This document shows, in pieces, positions 19,315-27,940 of a DNA stretch of 64,000 nt; position 1 is the stretch's first letter; every line of letters begins with the position of its first letter. The notes beneath the pieces were generated by a model. The model did no database searches. It had not been told where the DNA came from and was given only the letters and a program-made list of their open reading frames with translations. The stretch is from an uncultured Acidobacteriota bacterium (lineage in GTDB: Bacteria > Acidobacteriota > Vicinamibacteria > Fen-336). The stretch is from positions 366,814-430,813 of the forward strand of contig CAVUFF010000009.1 of assembly GCA_963740655.1 (NCBI GenBank). The letters run 5' to 3'. Both the position numbers and the translations under genes were made by a program.

Positions 19315-20448
19315 GTGCGCGGTCTCGGCGCGAACCTGGCGCTGGCGCTCGCGGCGATCCTCTTCGCGCTGCTCGTCGGCGAGGCCGGCGTGCGGCTTCT
19401 GACGCGGACGCCGCCCGCGCTGCTCGTGACCGACCCGGTGGTGGGCAAGCGCTTCCTGCCGGGCTTCGCGGGGCGGGTGTTCGTCGCCGAGTGCGGCTGC
19501 GAGGTGGAGCTGCGCTTCGACCGCGAGGGGCTGCGCGGGGCGGACCGGCCGTACGCGAAGCCGCCGGGCGTCAAGCGCGTGGCGCTCGTCGGCGACTCGA
19601 TGGTGGCGGCGGTGGCGACCGCGGAGGAGCGGACGCTCGCGCGCCGGCTCGAGGCGCAGCTCAGGGCGTCGGCTTCGCGAGCGACGTGGGAGGTGATGAA
19701 CGCGGGCGTCTCGAGCTCGAGCACCGGCAGCGAGCTCGCCCTCTACCGGGAGGTGCTTGCGCGCTACGCGCCGGATCTCGTGGTGGTGCTCTTCTGGGCC
19801 GGCAACGACCTCGCGGACAACAGCTACGAGCTGACGCGCGCGCCGCGGCTCTACTTCGACCTGGACGAGTCCGGACGGCTGCGCCAGCTGCCGTTCGCGC
19901 CGCGCGCGAGCGGGCTCGCGGCCTGGCTCGACCGCTGGAGCCGGCTCTACGTGTGGCAGAAGGTCGCTGTGCGGCAGGCGCTCGCCGGGCTGCGCACCGC
20001 GCGCGGCCTGGAGCCGGTCGAGCTCGTCTACGCGGAGCCGGAGCCTGCGCCCGTCGCGCGCGCGTGGGCGATCACGGCGGCGCTCTTGCGCGCCTTGCGG
20101 GAGGAGACGGCGGCGCGCGGCGCGGCGCTCGCGGTCGTGCTGGCGCCCGCGGCGCCGCAGCTGTACGACGATCTCTGGGCCGAGCTCGCCGAGCGCGCGC
20201 GCCGCGCCGGCGTGCCCCTCGACCGCCGGCACCCCGACCTGCGGCTGCGGGCGCTGGCCGCGGAGGCCGGGATCCCGTTCCTGTCGCTGACTCCGGTCTT
20301 CGCCGCCGCGGCGCCGCGGCACGACTCGACGCTCGCCGCGGAGCAGCTCTTCTACGCGGGCCGTTACCACTGGAACGACGCCGGAAACGCGCGCGCCGCG
20401 GACGCGATCCGCGAGCTGGTGCGCGAGGTCGTACAATCGGGCCCATGA
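19315..20448 (+). CDS. SGNH/GDSL-like hydrolase with N-terminal membrane anchor
   Basis: GTG at 19315, 2 nt after the M28 stop. Anchor LALALAAILFALLVG. Block I is VALVGDSM and the terminal block is GRYHWNDAGNARAADAI. Confidence 0.7.
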   Translation: MRGLGANLALALAAILFALLVGEAGVRLLTRTPPALLVTDPVVGKRFLPGFAGRVFVAECGCEVELRFDREGLRGADRPYAKPPGVKRVALVGDSMVAAVATAEERTLARRLEAQLRASASRATWEVMNAGVSSSSTGSELALYREVLARYAPDLVVVLFWAGNDLADNSYELTRAPRLYFDLDESGRLRQLPFAPRASGLAAWLDRWSRLYVWQKVAVRQALAGLRTARGLEPVELVYAEPEPAPVARAWAITAALLRALREETAARGAALAVVLAPAAPQLYDDLWAELAERARRAGVPLDRRHPDLRLRALAAEAGIPFLSLTPVFAAAAPRHDSTLAAEQLFYAGRYHWNDAGNARAADAIRELVREVVQSGP

Positions 20449-21239
20449 AACGCTCGAAGCAGTCCCTCCTGCTTCTCGCGCTCGTGCTGCCCGCGTGCCA
20501 GAGCGCGCCCAAGGCCAGGCCGGCGACCGCTGTCGCCCTGCCGGAGCTCCTGCGACCGTACGTCGGGGCGCTGCGGGTGCTGCCGGGGCGCGGCGACGAG
20601 AAGCTGCTGCGGCTCAAGCCAGGCGAGGCGCTGGCCGGCACCTGCGACGTCGCCGTGCGCGTCGCGAGCGTCGCCTTCGAGCAGGGCGAGGTGCATCTCG
20701 CGCTCGACGCCGTCGGCACGCCGCGCGTGGGCGAGCGGCGGGCGAAGTGCAAGGTCTTCGTGCCGGCCGTGCAGCTCGTGCTCGCCGGCTTTCCCACGGG
20801 CCCGGTCACGCCCGAGGCGACGGCGCGCATCGACGCGGTGCTGTTGACGCCGGAGGACTACCTGCGCCGGAAAGGCACCGCGTTCGATCGCGCGAAAGGC
20901 GAGCCGCCCAGCGAGGTCGCGAGCCAGCTGGCCGACGCGAGCGACGCCGAGCGGCGCCTCGCGCGCGCGGTCGTCGCCTGGCCCAGGCCGCTCCTGCGCG
21001 TGGAAGCCCTGTATCGCGACCTGTCGGGCCGTGGCCGCCACGAGCGGCTCGTCGACCTCGAGGTCACCGTCGGCGCCGACGGGCGCATCTACCGCCACGT
21101 GGTGAAGGCGTCGATCGACCGCGCCCACCAGGCCGCGCTCGAGGCGGCCTTGCCGTTCTGGCGCTTCGAGCCCGCGCGCCGGGCGGACGGCGCGCTCGGG
21201 GCGCGCATCCCGCTCGAAGCCTCGCTGCAAGTCTACTGA
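20445..21239 (+). CDS. Lipoprotein with TonB-C-terminal-like domain
   Basis: ATGA overlap with the SGNH stop. Lipobox LLALVLPAC. The C-terminus VDLEVTVGADGRIYRHVVKASIDRAHQAALEAALPFWRFEPARRADG resembles the TonB_C fold signature. Confidence 0.65.
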   Translation: MKRSKQSLLLLALVLPACQSAPKARPATAVALPELLRPYVGALRVLPGRGDEKLLRLKPGEALAGTCDVAVRVASVAFEQGEVHLALDAVGTPRVGERRAKCKVFVPAVQLVLAGFPTGPVTPEATARIDAVLLTPEDYLRRKGTAFDRAKGEPPSEVASQLADASDAERRLARAVVAWPRPLLRVEALYRDLSGRGRHERLVDLEVTVGADGRIYRHVVKASIDRAHQAALEAALPFWRFEPARRADGALGARIPLEASLQVY

Positions 21240-21305
21240 TCCCTCGTTTCGGCCGCGCTGCCGGGGAGTGTGAGGCGCCTCACCAGCCGCGGCTAGCGCC
21301 GCCCG

Positions 21306-22334
21306 TCAGGACAGCAGCCGGTAGCCGAAGCTGGCGCGCCGGCGCGGGTCCTCCGTGCCTCGGAACAGGTCGAGCTGCTCGGGGACGCGGGCGTAGGCGG
21401 AGGCCGTCTCCGCGTCCTCGCGCAGCACGCCGTGCTTCTCGCGCAGCCGCCGCACCAGCTCCTCGACCCGCGCGCGGTAGCGGCCCTGGAGCGTGCTGGT
21501 GCCGGCGTACGCGCGCCGGTAGGACTCCAGGTAGCGCGGGAACTCACGGGCCAGGAAGGCGAAGTAGCTCTCGCGCGTCGGCGAGCGCAGGAACAGGAGC
21601 GATCCCCACATCCGCCGCACGCCGGCGGCTGCGGCCTGGCCCATGAGCGCGTCGAGGCTCTGCTCCTGGTCGGTGAGCCCGGGCAGGATCGGCGACAGCG
21701 ACAAGCCGACGCGCAGGCCCGCCGCGACCAGTCGCCGCAGCACCTCGAGCCTCACCGCAGGCGGCGGCGCCCAGGGCTCGATCCGGCGCAGGAGCTCGGC
21801 GTCCGTCGAGTTGAGCGAGAGCTGGACCGAGAGCTGCGAGTGCCTGTGGATGCGCGCGAGCAGGTCGAGGTCGCGCAGCACGATCGCGCCCTTGGTGGTG
21901 ATCCCGAGCCGCAGCCCGCGCAGCTCGGCCGCGCACTCGAGGAAGCGCCGCGTCACGCCGAGCTCGCTCTCGCCCGGCTGGTAGGGATCGGTCGCGGTGC
22001 CGAGCGCCACGCGCTCGCCGCGCCGCGCGGCCGCCTTCAGCCGTTGCCGTGTCTCGCCGGCGTCGAACGACTTGGCGTAGATCGTGGAGTGGAACGAGCT
22101 CGCCGCCTCGTGCCCGAGGTACTCGTGCGTGTAGGCCGCGTAGCAATAGCGGCAGCCCATCGCGCAGCCGCGGTAGGGGTTCACGGTCCACTCGAAGGGG
22201 ACGCGCGGCGAGTCGCAGCGGTTCACGAGCGAGCGCGCGCGAAGCTCGCGGTACTCGACCCCGCCGCGCTCCCGCACCACCTCGCGGCCCAGCCGCGGGG
22301 CGAGGTTCGGCGCTGGAACCCCCGGCCTGATCAT
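21306..22334 (-). CDS. Radical SAM protein (COG1533 / SplB-like family)
   Basis: Internal ATG at 22334 of track ORF 21306..22652. Contains the CxxxCxxC cluster motif in NPYRGCAMGCRYCYA. Confidence 0.85.
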   Translation of the reverse strand: MIRPGVPAPNLAPRLGREVVRERGGVEYRELRARSLVNRCDSPRVPFEWTVNPYRGCAMGCRYCYAAYTHEYLGHEAASSFHSTIYAKSFDAGETRQRLKAAARRGERVALGTATDPYQPGESELGVTRRFLECAAELRGLRLGITTKGAIVLRDLDLLARIHRHSQLSVQLSLNSTDAELLRRIEPWAPPPAVRLEVLRRLVAAGLRVGLSLSPILPGLTDQEQSLDALMGQAAAAGVRRMWGSLLFLRSPTRESYFAFLAREFPRYLESYRRAYAGTSTLQGRYRARVEELVRRLREKHGVLREDAETASAYARVPEQLDLFRGTEDPRRRASFGYRLLS

Positions 22335-22387
22335 GAACCCAGCTTCGCTTTTTGTTCGCCTCGCGTCAAGACGCGGCGGCGGGAGGG

Positions 22388-24247
22388 CTAGGGCAGGCGG
22401 AACGCCACCACCGCGTTGTCGAGCGGCCCGATCGCCGGGTCGTGGCCCCCGGCCGCGATCACGACGTACTGCTTTCCGCTCGGCCCCTGGAACGACAGGG
22501 GCACCGACCGCGCGCTCGCCGGCAGCGCGCCCTTCCAGAGCAGCCGGCCCGAGGCCGCGTCGAAGGCGCGGATGGCCGGATCGAGGCTGGCGCCGATGAA
22601 CACGAGCCCGCCGCCCGTCGCGAGAGGGCCGCCCAGGTTCATCGAGCCCCACTCGGGCCGCGCGCCGGGGACGGGAAGCTGGCCGAGCGGCACCTCCCAG
22701 CGGATCCTGCCCGTCGCGATCTCGACGGCGGTGAGCGTGCCGAAGGGCGGCGGATTGCAGGGCAGGCCGCTCGGCGCGCGCAGGAAGACGCGGGACATCG
22801 CGAAAGGCGCACCCCGCTGCTCCGTCGTCTCGCGCTCGGGATGCTGCTTGCGGTAGCCGGCGAGCTCGGCCTGCGGCACGAGCCGCGCGAGCGCGACCAG
22901 GCGGTTGGTGGGCGCTATCAGCAGCCCCTGCTCGCGTGCGAAGGCGACGCCGCCCCAGTGCAGGCCGCCGATGTTGCCCGGCGCTACGAGCGTGCCCCGC
23001 AGGCTCGGCGGCGTGAAGAGGCCCTCGGAGCGCAGCGCCTGGATCTCAGCCCGGCACCAGGCGCGGTCCGCGTCGCTCGCGCCCCAGGCGGCGTCGGCAG
23101 CGAGCCCCTGGGGGACGAGCGCGGGCGGCAGCGTGGGATAGGGCTGCGTGCGCGCCGCCTTCTCGCCCGGGACGTCGCTCTCGGGCACGGGGCGCTCCTC
23201 GACGGGGAAGAGCGGCGCGCCCGTCTCGCGGTCGAGCAGGAACAGGTGGCCGGTCTTCGAGCCGACCGCGACGCCGGCCACGCTGCGACCGTCGCGCTCG
23301 GTCGTGAAGAGCGCGGGCGGCGTCGCGACGTCGTAGTCCCACAGGTCGTGGTGCACGGTCTGGAAGTGCCACGCGACCGCGCCGGTCGCGGCGCGCAGCG
23401 CGACGACCGAGTTGGCGAAGCGGTCGTCGCCAAGTCGCAGCCCCCCGTAGTAGTCGGGGCTCGGGCTGCCGGTCGGCACGAACACCAGGTGGCGCCCCGG
23501 ATCCGCGACGATGCGCGACCACGCGTTGGCGCCGCCCGCGCCCGGGTTGTCGGGCAGCGGGTCGAACGTCCAGCGCAGCGCGCCGCTGCGGGCGTCGAAC
23601 GCGCGGACCTCGCCCGTGACCGACGCGGCCCGGTGGTTGTCCGCGATCGCCGAGCCGATCACGACCAGGCCGTCGATCACCGCCGGCGGCGACGTCTGCT
23701 CGTACTCGCCCAGGTACTCGGGCCCGCGTCGCAGCCCCGCCTTGAGATCGACGACGCCCTCGCGGCCGAAGTCGCACGCGGCTCCGGTCTTCGCGTCGAG
23801 GGCGAAGAGCCGGGCGTCGATGCTGGCGAAGAAGACGCGCTCGCGGCACGGCCCCGCGTCCCGCTGCTCGTCAAGCCACACGCTCACGCCGCGGTTTGCG
23901 AAATCCCCGAAGTTCCCGTCGCGCGGGATATGGGCGTCGAAGCTCCAGCGCTCCTTGCCCGTCTCGGGGTCGAGCGCGATCACGCGGCCGTAGGGCGTCC
24001 CGACGTAGAGCAGGCCGAAGGCGTAGACCGGCGTCGCTTCGAACGCGGGCGCGCGGCCTCCGCCCGCAAGCGGCACGAGCGGCTCGCCCGTCCGATAGGT
24101 CCAGGCGACCTCGAGCGACGCGACATTGTCGGGACGGATCTGCGCGAGCGGCGAGTACTGCGACGCCGGCTCCTCCGCCCGCGCCAAGGGCGCCCCGAGC
24201 GCCGCCACGAGCGTGACCCACGCCAGGGTCCGGCCTCCGCTGCTCAT
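22388..24247 (-). CDS. PQQ-dependent sugar/quinoprotein dehydrogenase (periplasmic)
   Basis: Signal peptide LAWVTLVAALGAPLARA. Quinoprotein propeller motifs LEVAWTYRTGE, LFALDAKTGA and VVALRAATGAVAWHFQTVHHDLWDYD. ATG at 24247 follows GGAGGGG; the track starts at 24253. Confidence 0.9.
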   Translation of the reverse strand: MSSGGRTLAWVTLVAALGAPLARAEEPASQYSPLAQIRPDNVASLEVAWTYRTGEPLVPLAGGGRAPAFEATPVYAFGLLYVGTPYGRVIALDPETGKERWSFDAHIPRDGNFGDFANRGVSVWLDEQRDAGPCRERVFFASIDARLFALDAKTGAACDFGREGVVDLKAGLRRGPEYLGEYEQTSPPAVIDGLVVIGSAIADNHRAASVTGEVRAFDARSGALRWTFDPLPDNPGAGGANAWSRIVADPGRHLVFVPTGSPSPDYYGGLRLGDDRFANSVVALRAATGAVAWHFQTVHHDLWDYDVATPPALFTTERDGRSVAGVAVGSKTGHLFLLDRETGAPLFPVEERPVPESDVPGEKAARTQPYPTLPPALVPQGLAADAAWGASDADRAWCRAEIQALRSEGLFTPPSLRGTLVAPGNIGGLHWGGVAFAREQGLLIAPTNRLVALARLVPQAELAGYRKQHPERETTEQRGAPFAMSRVFLRAPSGLPCNPPPFGTLTAVEIATGRIRWEVPLGQLPVPGARPEWGSMNLGGPLATGGGLVFIGASLDPAIRAFDAASGRLLWKGALPASARSVPLSFQGPSGKQYVVIAAGGHDPAIGPLDNAVVAFRLP

Positions 24248-24335
24248 CGCCACCCCTCCGTCGCCATCCTACCTCGCAGCGTTCGGAGCTCGGCCGGGTC
24301 GCGGAGCGCCTTCGCGGCTGCTAACCTCTCGCTCG

Positions 24336-25184
24336 ATGCGGATCGACGCGCATCAGCATTTCTGGCGCTACGACCCCGTGCGCTTCCCCTGGATCGGCGA
24401 GCGGATGCAGGTGCTGAAGCGCGACTATCTGCCCTCCGACCTCGAGCCGCTGCTGCGCGCGGCGGGAGTCGACGGCACGATCGCCGTCCAGGCCGAGCAC
24501 GCGGTGGCGGAGACCGAGTGGCTGCTGGAGCTCGCGGAGCGGCACCCGTTCGTCCGCGGCGTCGTGGGCTTCGTGGACCTCTGCGCGCCGGATGCGGGGG
24601 AGGCGCTCGCGCGGCTCGCGCAGCGGCCGAAACTCGTGGGCGTGCGCCACATCGTCCACGACGAGCCGGACGACGACTTCCTGCTGCGGCCCGACTTCAG
24701 GAACGGCATCGCGCGCCTCGCCGAGCACGCGCTCGTCTACGACCTGCTGCTGTTTCCGAAGCACCTGCCGCGGGCCGTGCGGCTCGTGGAGCAGTTCCCC
24801 GAGCAGCCGTTCGTGCTCGACCACATCGCGAAGCCCTTCATCCGCGACGGCGCTCGCGACCCCTGGCGCGAGGACCTGCGCCAGCTGGCCGCGCTGCCGA
24901 ACGTCAGCTGCAAGCTCTCGGGCCTGGTGACGGAAGCGCGCTGGCGCGACTGGCGTCCCGAGGACATCCACCCGTACCTGGACGTGGTGCTCGAGGCCTT
25001 CGGCGCCGAACGGCTGCTGATCGGCTCCGACTGGCCGGTCTGCACGCTGGCGGCGGACTACGCCCGCACGCTGGGGGTCGTCGTCGACTGGAGCACCCGG
25101 CTGCCGCCCGAAGCGCGCGCGGCGCTGCTGGGCGGAAACGCGCTCCGCGTCTACGGCCTGCGCCACCCCGGAGGGCCGGCATGA
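24336..25184 (+). CDS. Amidohydrolase-2 family sugar lactonase (L-fucono/rhamnono-lactonase-like, COG3618)
   Basis: Internal ATG of track ORF 24126..25184. MRIDAHQHFWRY and LLIGSDWPVC match the family. Confidence 0.85.
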   Translation: MRIDAHQHFWRYDPVRFPWIGERMQVLKRDYLPSDLEPLLRAAGVDGTIAVQAEHAVAETEWLLELAERHPFVRGVVGFVDLCAPDAGEALARLAQRPKLVGVRHIVHDEPDDDFLLRPDFRNGIARLAEHALVYDLLLFPKHLPRAVRLVEQFPEQPFVLDHIAKPFIRDGARDPWREDLRQLAALPNVSCKLSGLVTEARWRDWRPEDIHPYLDVVLEAFGAERLLIGSDWPVCTLAADYARTLGVVVDWSTRLPPEARAALLGGNALRVYGLRHPGGPA

Positions 25185-26236
25185 GCGGAGCGATGACGGC
25201 CGCCGTGCTGCACGGCGCCGGCGACGTGCGCGTCGAGCAGTACCCGCGGCCGGCGCTCGCGCCCGGCTTCGCGCTGCTGCGCGTGCGCCGCGTCGGCATG
25301 TGCGGCTCGGACCTCCACTACTTCCGCCACGGCTACTGCGCGGGCTTCGTCCCGACGCGTCCGTTCGTGCTCGGCCACGAGCTCTCGGCCGAGGTGGCGG
25401 CGGTCGCCGAGGACGTCGAGGCCCTCGCCGTCGGCAGCCGCGTCGCCGTCAACCCGGCGCGCGCCTGCGGCGCCTGCGAGGCGTGCCGCGAGGGCCGGCG
25501 CAACCTGTGCGCGCACACGGTCATGCTCGGCAGCGCGAGCACGCGGCCGCCGACCGACGGCGCCTTCGCCGAGCTGGTGGCGGTGCGCGCCGAGCAGTGC
25601 CACGCGCTGCCGGGGACCCTCGACGACGCGGTGGGCGCGCTCGTCGAGCCGCTCGCGGTCGCGCTGCACGCCGCGCGGCAGGCGGGGCCGCTCGCGACAA
25701 GGCGCGTGCTCGTATGCGGTGCCGGCGCGGTGGGGCTGCTCGTGGCGATGGTCGCGCGCGCGGAAGGCGCGCGATGCGTCGTCGCCTGCGACCTCACGGC
25801 GGCCCGCCGCGCCGAAGCGCTGCGGCTCGGTGCCGACGCGGCGCTCGACCCGGGAGAAGGCACCCTCGCCGCTCGGGCGCGCGAGACCGCCCCCGACGGC
25901 TTCGACGTCGTGGTGGAGGCGGCGGGAGCCCCCGCGTCGCTGCGGCAGGCCTTCGGGCTGGTTCGCGCCGGCGGCACCATCGTGCAGGTGGGGACACTCG
26001 GCACTGCCGACGTGCCGCTGCCCGCGAACGAGCTCATGAACCGCGAGCTGCGGCTCGTCGGCTCCTTCCGCTACGGGGACGTCTTCGCGGACGCCGTCGC
26101 CCTCGCGGCGCGCGGGGCGCTCCGGCTCGAGGCACTGGTGAGCGACGTGTTCCCGCTGGCCGAGGCGGCGCGGGCGCTCGGGCGCGCGGGCGACGCGGGT
26201 GCCGTGATCAAGGTTCAGCTCGCGGTCGGCCGCTGA
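25181..26236 (+). CDS. Zn-dependent medium-chain alcohol/polyol dehydrogenase (sorbitol/L-idonate dehydrogenase-like)
   Basis: ATGA overlap with the lactonase stop. GMCGSDLHYF, GHELSAEV, structural-Zn CGACEACREGRRNLC and Rossmann VLVCGAGAVGLL. Confidence 0.85.
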   Translation: MSGAMTAAVLHGAGDVRVEQYPRPALAPGFALLRVRRVGMCGSDLHYFRHGYCAGFVPTRPFVLGHELSAEVAAVAEDVEALAVGSRVAVNPARACGACEACREGRRNLCAHTVMLGSASTRPPTDGAFAELVAVRAEQCHALPGTLDDAVGALVEPLAVALHAARQAGPLATRRVLVCGAGAVGLLVAMVARAEGARCVVACDLTAARRAEALRLGADAALDPGEGTLAARARETAPDGFDVVVEAAGAPASLRQAFGLVRAGGTIVQVGTLGTADVPLPANELMNRELRLVGSFRYGDVFADAVALAARGALRLEALVSDVFPLAEAARALGRAGDAGAVIKVQLAVGR

Positions 26237-26274
26237 GCCGGGCCGTCCTGCGGCGGGTCACGGGGCGACGCCGC

Positions 26275-26317
26275 TCGTTTCGTTTCCTCGTTCGTTTCCT
26301 TGACTCGCTCGTTCGCC
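26275..26317 (+). repeat. Tandem 13/12-nt direct repeat TCGTT(T)CGTTTCC x2 plus a third partial copy, flanking a -35-like box
   Basis: Read directly. 26275-26287 is TCGTTTCGTTTCC and 26288-26299 is TCGTTCGTTTCC. CTCGTTCGCC recurs at 26308-26317. Confidence 0.6.
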
Positions 26318-26328
26318 TCGCGTAGGGT
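26300..26328 (+). promoter_or_regulatory. Putative sigma70-type promoter for the lytic transglycosylase gene
   Basis: TTGACT (26300-26305), 17-nt spacer, TAGGGT (26323-26328). The -10 box is weak. Confidence 0.3.
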
Positions 26329-26490
26329 CGAGCCACCAGCGAACCGGGATGGAGTGGCGGCAGGGCTCGCGTGCGCGCCCCCGGCGCGCGTTCCACGCAC
26401 CGTCCGAGCGGCCCCTCTCAGGTCCTTCCGCGAAGCGCACGACCGCCGGTCGACCCGGCCACGCCGCCGCTCGGCCGGGAGAGGGGACGC

Positions 26491-27447
26491 ATGGCCCGCA
26501 ACGAGCCGCTCAGCCGGTCCGAGGACTACGCCGACCGCAGGCTGCGGCTGACACTGACGCACCAGCCCGAGAACGAGCCGCGCACCATCGTGATCCGGCA
26601 GGGCAGCGCCTGGCAGTCGCTCGCGTTCCTGTTCCTGTGCCTGCTGCTGATCGCGGTGGTGCTGCTCGGGCAGTACGTGCTGCGCGGGCTCGACGCCCAG
26701 GACCAGCAGACGAGCGCGGCTCTCGCGCGCACCGAGCGCAAGCTGCAGCAGCTCGAGGCCGGCACGAGCTTCGACGGCAGCCGCCGCCAGCTGCTGCTCG
26801 GCATGCGCGACCACATCCTGAAGGTGAACGCGAAGGCCTCGCTGGCGGACGCCTACCTCTACGCAAGGCTCGCGCTCGAGGCGGCCGAGAAGTACCCGGC
26901 GGTCGACCCGCTGCTGCTCCTCGCGATCGGCACCGTCGAGAGCGGCTACGACCCGCAGGCCAAGAGCCACGCCGACGCGCGCGGGCTCTACCAGATCTGG
27001 CCCTCGACGGGCCGCCTGCTCGCGCGCTCGCTCGGCTGGAACTACGACGAAGGGACGCTCTACGACCCGGAGAAGAACACCGAGGCCGCGGCGCTCTACC
27101 TCGACATCCTGTTCTCCGCCTACAACGACCCGCACATGGTGCTCGCCGAGTACAACGGCGGGCCGCTGAACGCCGGCTACTACCGCGCCGACGTGGCGGC
27201 ACTCGCCGCCGAGACGCGCAACTACGTGCCGCGCGTGCTCGAGCTGTACGCCCGGCTCAAGGACCGCTTCGAGACCGGTGCCGCCGTCTCCGGCCTGGCG
27301 GCCGCGTCGCGCGACCAGCGCGAGGGCCGGCTGCTCGGCGCGCGGACGGCCTCGGTGCTGGGAGGGGTCCAGCCGGCGGCGGAGGAGCGCCCCGCCGCCG
27401 CGGGGCCCCCCGGCCCGCGCCCGGCCGGCGCCCGGCCCGCGCGCTGA
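26491..27447 (+). CDS. Membrane-anchored lytic transglycosylase (SLT domain)
   Basis: Internal ATG of track ORF 26371..27447. TM anchor WQSLAFLFLCLLLIAVVLL. Catalytic region LLAIGTVESGYDPQAKSHADARGLYQIWPSTG and AEYNGGP. Confidence 0.85.
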   Translation: MARNEPLSRSEDYADRRLRLTLTHQPENEPRTIVIRQGSAWQSLAFLFLCLLLIAVVLLGQYVLRGLDAQDQQTSAALARTERKLQQLEAGTSFDGSRRQLLLGMRDHILKVNAKASLADAYLYARLALEAAEKYPAVDPLLLLAIGTVESGYDPQAKSHADARGLYQIWPSTGRLLARSLGWNYDEGTLYDPEKNTEAAALYLDILFSAYNDPHMVLAEYNGGPLNAGYYRADVAALAAETRNYVPRVLELYARLKDRFETGAAVSGLAAASRDQREGRLLGARTASVLGGVQPAAEERPAAAGPPGPRPAGARPAR

Positions 27448-27470
27448 TTCCGAGCGGTCCGCGGCCGTAG

Positions 27471-27488
27471 CCGGCGCAGCGGCGCCGG
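27471..27488 (+). terminator. Hairpin 24 nt downstream of the transglycosylase stop
   Basis: CCGGCGC-AGCG-GCGCCGG, a 7-bp stem. No T-tract. Confidence 0.3.
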
Positions 27489-27539
27489 AAGGAGCGGCGC
27501 GCTTCCATCCGCCTATACTAGGCTCGCGAAGGCGGGAGC

Positions 27540-27920
27540 ATGGTGCGCGCACGTCTCGGGACCGACCTCTGGATCGCGCTCAGCGAGAACCGCCCCGGCA
27601 TGCTGGCGCGCGCGGCCGAGGCGATCGCGTCGGGCGGCCTCAACCTCGAGGGCTTCGCCGAGGTGGACGGGACGCTCCACGTGCTCACGGCCGACGCGCG
27701 CTCGGCCCGCCACGCGCTCGAGGCGGCCGGCCTCGCGGCGAGCGGCGAGCACGAGGTGGTCGTGGTGCGGATCGAGGACCGTGCGGGCGCCGCGGCGGCG
27801 GTGTTCGGCCGCCTCGCGCAGGCGGGCGTGAACGTCCGCTACACCTACGTCGCCTCGGGCCATCGCGTCGTGATCGCGGCCGACGAGCCGCAGAAAGCAC
27901 TCGGGGCGCTCGCCGACTGA
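27540..27920 (+). CDS. ACT-domain protein
   Basis: Two ACT-like halves: LWIALSENRPGMLARAAEAIASGGLNLEGF and VVVVRIEDRAGAAAAVFGRLAQAGVNVRY. A TATACT box lies at 27514-27519 upstream. Confidence 0.65.
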   Translation: MVRARLGTDLWIALSENRPGMLARAAEAIASGGLNLEGFAEVDGTLHVLTADARSARHALEAAGLAASGEHEVVVVRIEDRAGAAAAVFGRLAQAGVNVRYTYVASGHRVVIAADEPQKALGALAD

Positions 27921-27940
27921 CCGCGCCCTGCCGGCGCGCG

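Noticed and set aside
26329-26490. Riboswitch (for example a c-di-AMP/ydaO-type element, which often precedes cell-wall hydrolase genes) in the ~160-nt leader of the lytic transglycosylase
   Set aside because: I could not find the conserved ydaO core elements or a convincing pseudo-symmetric fold by eye. A covariance-model scan (Rfam/Infernal) would be needed, so no claim is made.
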